The notes under the pieces are model-generated. The model ran no database searches and had not been told where the DNA came from. It saw only the letters and a program-made list of their open reading frames with translations. A DNA stretch of 64,000 nucleotides from Bacteroidales bacterium (lineage in GTDB: Bacteria > Bacteroidota > Bacteroidia > Bacteroidales > DTGW01). Positions 9,222-17,474 of this stretch are shown here, piece by piece; the stretch's first letter is position 1, and each line of letters begins with the position of its first letter. Made by a program: the position numbers and the translations under genes. The DNA is taken from contig DAOSPF010000004.1 of assembly GCA_035374585.1 (NCBI GenBank), forward strand, positions 5,866 to 69,865, read 5' to 3'.

Positions 9222-10163
9222 ATGAAAACGGTATTTTCAGAGATATTTAAAGGCTTATTTCACAAAGCATTAAGCACGGCTTGGTGGATGATTAAAATCA
9301 TGTTGCCCGTTTCGTTTGTAGTGATGCTTATGCAGTATTTTGGGTGGCTCGAAGTTATTGCTTCTGTTTTTAAGCCGGTATTCTCGTTTATTGGGGTAGG
9401 AGGAGAGGGTGCACTTGTATTTATCACCAGTATTTTACTCAATATTTATGCAGCTATTGCGGTTATTGGTACTATTGGTTTTGGTATCCGCGAGATAACC
9501 ATTTTGGCTATCATGTGCCTTATAGCCCATAACCTGATTATCGAAACGGCGATACAAAAAAAGACAGGCTCGCAAGCTGCGCGCATGGTCATATTGCGTA
9601 TTTCTATGGCTATTATTGCCGGAATTCTTTTCAATTGGTTATTGCCTGCATCAACATATGTTCAACATATTGTTACTAAGGCAGGGCAACATCTTACCCT
9701 TACACAAGTCATGAAAAACTGGGTGTTTGACTCGGTATTCCTTTCTTTCAAAGTGATAGGGATTATTATTGGCCTGATGTTTATACAACGTTTCCTGGAA
9801 TATATGGGCATCATGCAAAAGCTTTCAGCAGCTTTCAGGCCGTTGATGAAACCTTTTGGATTGTCCGAAAATACTTCATTTCATTGGCTTATTGCCAATG
9901 TAGTAGGCCTTACTTATGGCTCAGCTATAATGATAGAGCAAGTAGAGTCGGGCAAACTGAAACTTCGCGATGCAGACCTGCTCAATCATCATGTTGGTAT
10001 TAGCCATTCATTACTTGAAGATACGCTTTTGTTCGTTGCTATTGGGGTTTCAGCCTGGTGGATTGTTTTTCCGCGTTTAATCCTTGCTATGTTTGCTGTT
10101 TGGATATATAAAGCAGAACTTTTCTTTTTACAAAAAAAAAACGAAATTAGCTCAGTAAAATAA
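9222..10163 (+). CDS. Nucleoside-recognition (Gate) domain membrane protein
   Basis: 313-aa polytopic membrane protein. Its two-lobed architecture resembles the FeoB-gate / nucleoside-recognition family. Assigned by overall resemblance only. Confidence 0.55.
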   Translation: MKTVFSEIFKGLFHKALSTAWWMIKIMLPVSFVVMLMQYFGWLEVIASVFKPVFSFIGVGGEGALVFITSILLNIYAAIAVIGTIGFGIREITILAIMCLIAHNLIIETAIQKKTGSQAARMVILRISMAIIAGILFNWLLPASTYVQHIVTKAGQHLTLTQVMKNWVFDSVFLSFKVIGIIIGLMFIQRFLEYMGIMQKLSAAFRPLMKPFGLSENTSFHWLIANVVGLTYGSAIMIEQVESGKLKLRDADLLNHHVGISHSLLEDTLLFVAIGVSAWWIVFPRLILAMFAVWIYKAELFFLQKKNEISSVK

Positions 10164-10170
10164 TCATGCA

Positions 10171-10965
10171 ATGAAGCAGTATTTAGGCCTTTTACAACAC
10201 GTTTTAGATAACGGGACAAAAAAAGATGACCGCACAGGTACAGGTACTATCAGCATTTTTGGATACCAGATGAGGTTTGACCTTGGCGAGGGATTCCCTT
10301 TACTCACAACCAAAAAGCTTCATACCCGCTCTATCATATACGAGTTGCTTTGGTTCCTTCGTGGCGAAACAAACATCAGGTTTCTTAAAGATAACAATGT
10401 TTCTATTTGGGACGAATGGGCTGATAAAAACGGAGACCTTGGGCCTGTTTACGGAAAACAATGGCGTTCGTGGCAAACGGCAGATGGCCGGACAATAGAC
10501 CAAATATCACAGCTTATAGATATGATCAAAACGAACCCGGACTCACGACGACTGATTGTTAGCGCCTGGAATCCTGGAGACATTGATAAAATGGCTCTTC
10601 CGCCATGTCATACCATGTTTCAGTTTTACGTGGCTAATGGCAAGCTCTCGTGCCAGCTTTATCAGCGTAGTGCAGATATTTTTCTTGGAGTTCCGTTTAA
10701 TATAGCATCGTATGCCTTGTTAACCATGATGATAGCTCAAGTGTGCAACCTAAAACCCGGTGAGTTTGTGCATACTTTTGGTGATGCCCATATTTATCTC
10801 AATCATTTAGAGCAAGTCAAACTGCAGTTGTCCCGAGAACCGAGGCCATTGCCTACAATGAAGATTGTCAGAAATGTAAATAGTATTTTTGACTTTAAAT
10901 ACGAAGACTTTCTGCTTGAAGGTTATGACCCGCATCCACATATCAAAGGCGAGGTAGCGGTGTAA
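10171..10965 (+). CDS. thyA: Thymidylate synthase
   Basis: 264 aa. [26 protein letters not shown]…, active-site [11 protein letters not shown], and DAHIYLNH. Confidence 0.97.
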   Translation: MKQYLGLLQHVLDNGTKKDDRTGTGTISIFGYQMRFDLGEGFPLLTTKKLHTRSIIYELLWFLRGETNIRFLKDNNVSIWDEWADKNGDLGPVYGKQWRSWQTADGRTIDQISQLIDMIKTNPDSRRLIVSAWNPGDIDKMALPPCHTMFQFYVANGKLSCQLYQRSADIFLGVPFNIASYALLTMMIAQVCNLKPGEFVHTFGDAHIYLNHLEQVKLQLSREPRPLPTMKIVRNVNSIFDFKYEDFLLEGYDPHPHIKGEVAV

Positions 10966-11085
10966 AATAACCCCAAAAAACTAAACAGAAGCTATTGTTT
11001 TTGTTGCATTGCCCAACATCAACTCTTCTGTTTGATGGTGCAAAATATTGGCAACATTAAAAATTCACTGAAAGGAACTAAAAAA

Positions 11086-11121
11086 TAAAAAAAGCTCCCA
11101 CAAATATTCAGGGAGCTTTTC
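11086..11121. terminator. Bidirectional terminator between convergent thyA and nrdJ
   Basis: AAAGCTCCC (11091-11099) / GGGAGCTTT (11111-11119), flanked by an A-run on the left and T's on the right. Confidence 0.55.
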
Positions 11122-11151
11122 CTAACAAATGTTATATAAAAGTAATTGGGC

Positions 11152-13752
11152 TCAACCACATTTCGAGTTGCCACAGTTTTTGCACGTGAGGCAACCTTCT
11201 TGATATACTAAACTTTCTGAACCACAAGCTCCGCATTTTTGACCAGCTTTTGCCTGTGTGCCATCCGGGATAAATTTCTTCAAAGCACGTTCAACGCCAT
11301 TTTTCCAAGTATTGATTGTTTCGCTATCAAGCTGCAATGAACTAACCAAGTTGACCAACTCAGGAATAGGCATGCCATAACGCAATACACTCGATATAAG
11401 TTTGGCATAATTCCAATATTCTTTATTAAACTGGTGAGACAAACCCCCTAAGGTGTTTTTATAGCCATATTTGTCGGTGTATTGGAAGTCATAACGGGTA
11501 TTCCCATCCTCATCTTTATTCTTGATGATCTTTCCTTTTGTAATTGATTTTGGAATCGGGAAAATATCCTCATCCTGCAAACCTGTAAATATCTCATAAG
11601 GCTGACCATCCAAAATGCCCACAAATGCAATCCAGTTTTCGTTGTTGTTTTTGAAACGAACAATCTCTGCATCTAATACTTTAGGACGTTTTATTGGTTC
11701 AGAAAAACTTTCTTTCTTTTCTTTTTTGGCATTGTTTGAAATAAGCACCCCGGCACGTGAATTTTCGCGATACACTGTACAACCCTTGCAACCGCTCTGC
11801 CATGCTTTGATATACAAATCGCTCACAAGTTGTTCATCTACATTCTCGGGCAGGTTGATGGTAACACTGATAGAGTGGTCAACCCATTTTTGGATTTCGC
11901 CTTGCATGTGTACCTTTTGCAGCCAGTCAACATCTGCAGAGGTTGACTTATAATAAGGCGATTTGGCTACCAACTCATTAAGTTGTTCCTGATCATATTT
12001 TTTTACCTCTTCAACATTATATCCGTTTACCTCAAGCCATGTAAGGAATTTATGATGAAATACAACATATTCTTCCCAATGGTCGCCAACTTCATCAGTA
12101 AAAACTATTTTAACATTAGTATCATTAGGGTTTACTTTACGACGACGTTTGTAAACAGGTAAAAAAACAGGTTCAATACCAGATGTTGTCTGTGTCATCA
12201 TACTGGTAGTGCCAGTTGGTGCAATAGTCAAAAGGGCTATATTTCGACGCCCAAAGCGTACCATATCTTGGTACAACTTTTCATCTTCTTTACGAAGCCT
12301 GTTGATAAACGGATTGTTCTTTTCGAGTTGTGAATCATAGATACTGAAAGGGCCTCGTTCTTTGGCCAAATTAACAGAAGAACGATAAGCTTCCAATGCC
12401 AGGGTACGATGTACTTCTACCGAAAAATCTATTGCATTGTCGCTCCCATAACGGATGCCAAGAGCAGCCAACATATCACCTTCAGCAGTAATGCCTACCC
12501 CGGTACGACGGCCTTCCTCGGTCTTAATACGAATGCTTTCCCAAAGTTTCTTTTCAACACGTTTTACTTCAAAATCTTCAGGATCTGCATCTATTTTTCT
12601 CAGGATAGCATCTATTTTCTCTATTTCTAAGTCGATAATATCGTCCATGAAACGTTGAGCAACAGCTACATGTCGCTTGAACAGGTCAAAATTGAAACGG
12701 GCCTGCGGAGTGAAAGGATTTTCAACATATCCATAAAGATTGATAGCTAAAAGCCTGCAGCTGTCATAAGGACACAGAGGTATCTCACCACAGGGGTTGG
12801 TAGAAACAGTTTTATACCCAAATTGTGAATAACAATCAGGCACAGACTCGCGTATAATAGTATCCCAAAATAAAATCCCGGGTTCTGCAGATTTCCATGC
12901 ATTATGCACGATCTTTTTCCAAATAGCACGGGCATCTACTTTCTTTGTAAATGAAGGACTGGCCGAATCAACAGGATATTGTTGAATATATTCAGTGCCA
13001 TCTATGACAGCGCGCATGAAATCATCATCAATCTTAACCGATACATTGGCCCCGGTTACCTTCCCCTGTTCAAGCTTTGCATCAATAAATTTTTCGGCAT
13101 CGGGGTGTTTGCTGGAAATAGACAACATCAATGCCCCTCTACGGCCATCTTGTGCAACCTCACGGGTTGAGTTTGAATATCTTTCCATGAATGGAACAAC
13201 TCCAGTTGAAGTGAGTGCGCTGTTCAATACAGGGCTGCCAGAAGGACGGACATGCGACAGGTCGTGCCCTACACCGCCACGGCGTTTCATCAACTGGACC
13301 TGCTCCTGGTCTGTCTTCATGATACCTCCATAAGAGTCTGCGCTATTTCCAATGACAAAACAGTTAGATAATGAAGCAATCTGAAAGTTATTGCCAATAC
13401 CTGTCATAGGGCTGCCCTGAGGTACAATATACTTAAAATCTTTCAAATATTCATATACTTCCTCTTCACTCATAGGATTGGCATACTTTGCCTCAATGCG
13501 CGCAATTTCCTTGGCAATACGCCGGTGCATATGGTCAGGGTTAAGCTCATAGATATTCCCAAACGAATCTTTTAATGCATATTTGTTAATCCACACTTGT
13601 GCAGCCATCTCATCGCCTTTAAAATACGCAACCGAGCTTTCGAAGGCTTCTTTATATGTAAATGTACCTGGAACTTTTGTTTGTTTTGGTGTTTTGCTCA
13701 TTGTATCGTCAACTTGTTTAATTTCGGAGACAGGTGTTAGGTCGTTTTGCAT
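11152..13752 (-). CDS. nrdJ: Adenosylcobalamin-dependent ribonucleoside-diphosphate/triphosphate reductase (class II RNR)
   Basis: 866 aa. RNR catalytic-core motifs (…SNCFV…, TNPCGEIPL, …APTGTTS…) plus a C-terminal Cys-rich zinc-ribbon tail CGACGSESLVYQEGCLTCKNCGNSKCG, as seen in monomeric class II enzymes. Confidence 0.9.
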   Translation of the reverse strand: MQNDLTPVSEIKQVDDTMSKTPKQTKVPGTFTYKEAFESSVAYFKGDEMAAQVWINKYALKDSFGNIYELNPDHMHRRIAKEIARIEAKYANPMSEEEVYEYLKDFKYIVPQGSPMTGIGNNFQIASLSNCFVIGNSADSYGGIMKTDQEQVQLMKRRGGVGHDLSHVRPSGSPVLNSALTSTGVVPFMERYSNSTREVAQDGRRGALMLSISSKHPDAEKFIDAKLEQGKVTGANVSVKIDDDFMRAVIDGTEYIQQYPVDSASPSFTKKVDARAIWKKIVHNAWKSAEPGILFWDTIIRESVPDCYSQFGYKTVSTNPCGEIPLCPYDSCRLLAINLYGYVENPFTPQARFNFDLFKRHVAVAQRFMDDIIDLEIEKIDAILRKIDADPEDFEVKRVEKKLWESIRIKTEEGRRTGVGITAEGDMLAALGIRYGSDNAIDFSVEVHRTLALEAYRSSVNLAKERGPFSIYDSQLEKNNPFINRLRKEDEKLYQDMVRFGRRNIALLTIAPTGTTSMMTQTTSGIEPVFLPVYKRRRKVNPNDTNVKIVFTDEVGDHWEEYVVFHHKFLTWLEVNGYNVEEVKKYDQEQLNELVAKSPYYKSTSADVDWLQKVHMQGEIQKWVDHSISVTINLPENVDEQLVSDLYIKAWQSGCKGCTVYRENSRAGVLISNNAKKEKKESFSEPIKRPKVLDAEIVRFKNNNENWIAFVGILDGQPYEIFTGLQDEDIFPIPKSITKGKIIKNKDEDGNTRYDFQYTDKYGYKNTLGGLSHQFNKEYWNYAKLISSVLRYGMPIPELVNLVSSLQLDSETINTWKNGVERALKKFIPDGTQAKAGQKCGACGSESLVYQEGCLTCKNCGNSKCG

Positions 13753-13865
13753 GGTTAGGTAATATTAATCTGTTAATTGAACGGGTTTTACAAAAAATGT
13801 CAGCGTTTAATTTTCATTGTGCAATTTACATTCTGAAATTCTTTGCTTCCAAAAAAACCACCTCA

Positions 13866-13961
13866 CAGTTATTAACTGATAAAATGTAGTTATTAACATT
13901 GACAAAAATCATATTTTTACATTTGCTAAATTGTTAATATTCAAAATATTGCAATTAACAA
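13866..13961. promoter_or_regulatory. Cluster of GTTA(n)TAAC-type palindromes in the nrdJ / 14183 divergent intergenic region
   Basis: CAGTTATTAACTG (13866-13878) is a perfect 6+1+6 palindrome. GTTATTAAC recurs at 13889-13897, with centres 21 bp apart. TTGTTAAT (13931-13938) / ATTAACAA (13954-13961) is a perfect 8-bp inverted repeat. Confidence 0.25.
13899..13925 (+). promoter_or_regulatory. Candidate Bacteroidota-type promoter (TTG … TACATTTG) for a long 5' leader of the 14183 gene
   Basis: TACATTTG (13918-13925) fits the TAnnTTTG -7 consensus. TTGAC lies at 13899-13903, 16 nt upstream. It sits about 258 nt upstream of the ATG at 14183. Confidence 0.3.
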
Positions 13962-14056
13962 CTGTAATAAAACACTGACATTCATCACAATTTGATTTTT
14001 ATATAAAAAATTTTATACCTTTATTAAATGTATTATTACCTAAACTTAATTTCCAT

Positions 14057-14155
14057 AATCATGAAACGAGCATGATTAGTTAAACACAAACAAGGATGAA
14101 TCCCGATTTGTCAGAACGGGTTTTTTCTTCGGATAGCCTTTCGCTGGGTTCATCC
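14057..14155 (+). promoter_or_regulatory. Structured leader with terminator-like hairpin and competing long-range helix (attenuator-like)
   Basis: Hairpin 1: AATCATG (14057-14063) / CATGATT (14071-14077). Hairpin 2: CCCG (14102-14105) / CGGG (14117-14120), followed by TTTTTT (14121-14126). GGATGAA-CCC (14094-14104) can instead pair with GGGTTCATCC (14146-14155), so it competes for the same CCC. Confidence 0.3.
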
Positions 14156-14182
14156 GGCCTTATTAAAAAAAATTAATTACAG

Positions 14183-15205
14183 ATGAAAAGTTTATTATTT
14201 CTGGTATTTGCATTAGGTTGTAATCTTATTTTAGGCCAAAAAGTAATATTTCTTCACCACTCAACTGGCGGGGGAGTTTATAATGAAGGCAGCGTTGCAC
14301 AATGGTTTGACACATACAATAGTCAAAACTCCACAAACTATGAAATTACAGAACGTGCATATCCCGATAGCCCATATCCTTGGGAAAATTATCCATACGA
14401 TTATTGGAATTTATGGATTAATGGAGCATGTAACAATGATAATTCCGGTACCGAATGCATTAACTCGATTGTAACAAAATACGATGTAATCATCTTCAAA
14501 CATTGCTTCCCGGGAGCAGGTATTGGCGAAGACGAAGCTGAAAATAGCGTTTCATCATCATATAAGTCAATGGGCAATTATAAATTGCAATACCGCGCTT
14601 TACGAACTTTGATGGACAGTTTCCCCAACAACAAATTCATAGTTTGGACACTTGCCCCGTTGCACCGAAATGCTACCGATTCGGCTTCAGCAGCACGGGC
14701 AAAACAATTTGTTGACTGGGTTAAATACCAGTGGCTTAAAGAAGATAGTAAATCGCACCCAAATATTTTTGTTTTTGACTTTTGGGGATATGTAGCAGAA
14801 ACTAATGCCAATCCCAGCCAGGGAAAAGTTAATTGCCTGAAGTACGATTATGAAGGCAGTCATGACGGAGATGATTCTCATCCCAATACCCAGGCCAATC
14901 AGACTGTTGGCCCAATTTTTGGGCAATTCATAGTTGATTGTATAAAACAAACTAATACCCGCATAATTAATAAAACACTGGACAACATTACTGTTTTTTA
15001 TAACAATGGCTGTTTGGCAATTCAAGGATTAAATGAAATTGTTCCTCAATCTGACTTGTGTATATATAGCATAGATGGACATTTGCTATACAAAAAACGG
15101 ATTCAAAGCAGTATAGCTCTGCCTTTATCAGAGGGGATGTATCTTGTATCCATTCACAACAAAACATTTGGAACCCAAACGGCAAAATTCTGTGTGATAA
15201 AATAA
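14183..15205 (+). CDS. Secreted SGNH/GDSL-like hydrolase-fold protein with T9SS C-terminal sorting domain
   Basis: Signal peptide MKSLLFLVFALGCNLILGQ. IFLHHSTGG, KHCFPG and DDSHPN are spaced like SGNH blocks I, II/III and V. C-terminus …GMYLVSIHNKTFGTQTAKFCVIK is a T9SS CTD. The catalytic assignment is tentative. Confidence 0.55.
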   Translation: MKSLLFLVFALGCNLILGQKVIFLHHSTGGGVYNEGSVAQWFDTYNSQNSTNYEITERAYPDSPYPWENYPYDYWNLWINGACNNDNSGTECINSIVTKYDVIIFKHCFPGAGIGEDEAENSVSSSYKSMGNYKLQYRALRTLMDSFPNNKFIVWTLAPLHRNATDSASAARAKQFVDWVKYQWLKEDSKSHPNIFVFDFWGYVAETNANPSQGKVNCLKYDYEGSHDGDDSHPNTQANQTVGPIFGQFIVDCIKQTNTRIINKTLDNITVFYNNGCLAIQGLNEIVPQSDLCIYSIDGHLLYKKRIQSSIALPLSEGMYLVSIHNKTFGTQTAKFCVIK

Positions 15206-15301
15206 CCTCCAATAAATTTCGTTTCTTTTACAGTTTTTAAAACATATCATAATTACGGTAATCAAAAGCTGCCTATCTTTGTTGCTATAAAACTTAAAAG
15301 G

Positions 15302-16666
15302 ATGAGAGTACACTTCATTGCTATAGGAGGCAGCGCCATGCATAGCCTGGCTCTTGCACTGCACGAAAAAGGATATATTGTTACAGGTTCAGATGACGAC
15401 TTTTTTGAACCATCAAAAAGTAAGCTTGAAAAAGCAGGATTACTGCCAAAAGAAAAAGGCTGGGATGCATCGCGGGTTACCCCTGAATTGGACGCTGTAA
15501 TATTGGGTATGCATGCCAGGGACAACAATCCCGAACTGGCAAAAGCCCGTGAACTAGGGCTTAAAATATTCTCTTATCCTGAATACCTTTATGAACAAAC
15601 TAAGAACAAGACACGTGTTGTAATCGGTGGTAGTCATGGCAAAACAACTATCACCTCGATGATTATCCATGTACTCAGCTACTGGAAGAAGTCGTTCGAC
15701 TATATGGTCGGTGCACAGCTCGAAGGCTACAATAACATGGTGCGTTTATCAGAAGATTCGCCTGTTGCAGTGTTCGAAGGAGACGAATATCTTTCTTCAA
15801 CGCTCGATCCAAGGCCTAAGTTTCATATATATCAGCCAAATATAGCTGTAATCAATGGTATAGCCTGGGATCATATCAACGTGTTTTCTACTTTTGATGT
15901 TTATGTAGAACAATTCAAAATTTTTATCGAAAAGATACAATCAAAAGGCACTCTTATCTACTGTGCAGATGACCCTCTTGTTGCAGGCATTGCTATGACT
16001 GCTGCACCGGATGTGAAAAAAGTACCTTACAAAATCCATGAACACCAAGTCATAAGCAACGAGGTTTTCTTAATAAATGACAAAAACAAAACCAGAGTGC
16101 ATGTTTTCGGCAAACATAACATGCAAAACCTTTCGGCCGCTAAAGCTGTATGCAACGAGTTAGGGTTGACCAACGAGCAGTTTTACGAAGCTATTGCTAC
16201 ATTCAAAGGTGCTGCAAAACGCCTTCAGTTGTTAAGCGAAAATAACATGACCAGTATTTACCTGGATTTTGCACACTCTCCATCAAAATTGACAGCAACA
16301 GTTAGGGCTGTAAAAGAACATTACCCTGAAAGGGCTTTGGTGGCTTGTATGGAGCTTCATACCTTTAGCAGCCTTTCTGAAGATTTCCTTCGTCAATACT
16401 ATGGCACCATGGAAAGGGCCGATTATGCCATTGTTTACTACAGCATGAAAGCCCTTGCGGCCAAAGGCTTGAAACCGCTTGACCCGGAAGATGTGGCTAA
16501 GGCTTTTGCAACTAAACACCTGAAAGTATTTACCGATTCTGATCAACTGGTCAAGCACCTTAAAAGTATTGAATGGAAAGGTAAAAACCTGTTACTGATG
16601 AGTTCTGGTAACTTTGACGGCATCAACTTCAATACCTTTGCAAAAGAACTTTTAAACCAGAAATAA
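15302..16666 (+). CDS. mpl: UDP-N-acetylmuramate:L-alanyl-gamma-D-glutamyl-meso-diaminopimelate ligase (murein peptide ligase)
   Basis: 454 aa. MRVHFIAIGGSAMHSLALALHEKGYIVTGSDD N-terminus and Mur-ligase P-loop GGSHGKTTITSM. Confidence 0.85.
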   Translation: MRVHFIAIGGSAMHSLALALHEKGYIVTGSDDDFFEPSKSKLEKAGLLPKEKGWDASRVTPELDAVILGMHARDNNPELAKARELGLKIFSYPEYLYEQTKNKTRVVIGGSHGKTTITSMIIHVLSYWKKSFDYMVGAQLEGYNNMVRLSEDSPVAVFEGDEYLSSTLDPRPKFHIYQPNIAVINGIAWDHINVFSTFDVYVEQFKIFIEKIQSKGTLIYCADDPLVAGIAMTAAPDVKKVPYKIHEHQVISNEVFLINDKNKTRVHVFGKHNMQNLSAAKAVCNELGLTNEQFYEAIATFKGAAKRLQLLSENNMTSIYLDFAHSPSKLTATVRAVKEHYPERALVACMELHTFSSLSEDFLRQYYGTMERADYAIVYYSMKALAAKGLKPLDPEDVAKAFATKHLKVFTDSDQLVKHLKSIEWKGKNLLLMSSGNFDGINFNTFAKELLNQK

Positions 16667-16669
16667 TAA

Positions 16670-17140
16670 TTGTTTACTAATATGTTTAATTTTAAAGATA
16701 TGAGAAAACTTGTCTTTTTATTCTTCATTATTTTTATTGCTTTCACAAACATCAAAGCTCAGCAGGCTATAGGAGCCCGTCTTTCTGACAACTTTGGCAT
16801 TACCTATAAATATACCTATAGCAATCCTGTTAAACTCGAAGGGATTTTAGAAATTCACCGCCATGCTTTAACCGTAAACGGTCTTTACGAAAGGTACTAC
16901 CAAACCCCTTTTTCTAAGTATTTCGACTGGTATTTTGGGGGAGGCGCTTTTATAAACTTCTGGAGCGTCAATGACAATGGCGGTGTCAATGTGGGGTTAA
17001 GAGGCGTTGCTGGTATTTGCTATACATTTAGCGATATCCCTATTGACATTTCGTTAGACTGGATGCCAGCTATACAGATTGTAAGTGATTATCATGCAGA
17101 CTTTGCCATATTGGGACTTTCAGTTCGTTATGTTTTTTGA
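16670..17140 (+). CDS. Small outer-membrane beta-barrel-like protein (hypothetical)
   Basis: Signal peptide MRKLVFLFFIIFIAFTNIKAQ (probable start at 16700). Alternating aromatic/Gly-rich strands and a terminal …LGLSVRYVF, typical of an OM barrel C-terminus. Confidence 0.55.
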   Translation: MFTNMFNFKDMRKLVFLFFIIFIAFTNIKAQQAIGARLSDNFGITYKYTYSNPVKLEGILEIHRHALTVNGLYERYYQTPFSKYFDWYFGGGAFINFWSVNDNGGVNVGLRGVAGICYTFSDIPIDISLDWMPAIQIVSDYHADFAILGLSVRYVF

Positions 17141-17161
17141 TAAAAATTTTTGAAAAAATAT

Positions 17162-17190
17162 TTTGGATATTAAAAATATTTCTACCTTTG
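17162..17190 (+). promoter_or_regulatory. Bacteroidota-type promoter for tRNA-Glu
   Basis: TTTG (17162-17165), then 17 nt, then TACCTTTG (17183-17190, TAnnTTTG consensus). It lies 17 nt upstream of the tRNA 5' end. Confidence 0.45.
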
Positions 17191-17206
17191 CACCGCTTTT
17201 AACGAT

Positions 17207-17278
17207 GGTCCGTTCATCTAAGGGTTAGGATTCAAGATTTTCATTCTTGCCATAGGGGTTCGAATCCCCTACGGACTA
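17207..17278 (+). tRNA. tRNA-Glu (anticodon UUC)
   Basis: Hand-folded 72-nt cloverleaf. Acceptor GGTCCGT/ACGGACT (G1-U72 wobble), D stem ATCT/GGAT, anticodon stem CAAGA/TCTTG with loop TT-TTC-AT, variable loop CCAT, T arm AGGGG-TTCGAAT-CCCCT, discriminator A. CCA is not encoded. Confidence 0.93.
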
Positions 17279-17289
17279 CAAAAAAGATT

Positions 17290-17322
17290 AAGCTGCAGTT
17301 TTTAAGTTGCAGCTTTTTTTGT
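17290..17322 (+). terminator. Intrinsic terminator after tRNA-Glu
   Basis: AAGCTGCA (17290-17297) / TGCAGCTT (17308-17315) is a perfect 8-bp stem, followed by TTTTT. Confidence 0.8.
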
Positions 17323-17474
17323 TTTAATACTTTCTTTTCATCATATTTAATTTTTTATTTTTAAAGGAATAATAGCTTGTCCCCACCAATAAATATTTTC
17401 GTGTTTGGGATTGAGTAATTATGGATGTTTCATTTACTTCATAGTATATTTTTGGGATACATAAAAAAATTTTA

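Noticed and set aside
13753-14182. Cobalamin riboswitch or NrdR boxes upstream of nrdJ, and a B12 riboswitch upstream of the TonB receptor at 17323-17474
   Set aside because: I could not find the conserved B12-box core (…GCCACTG…) or the paired-element architecture in either orientation. I also found no tandem NrdR-box-like 16-mers. Only AT-rich palindromes of a different type are present.
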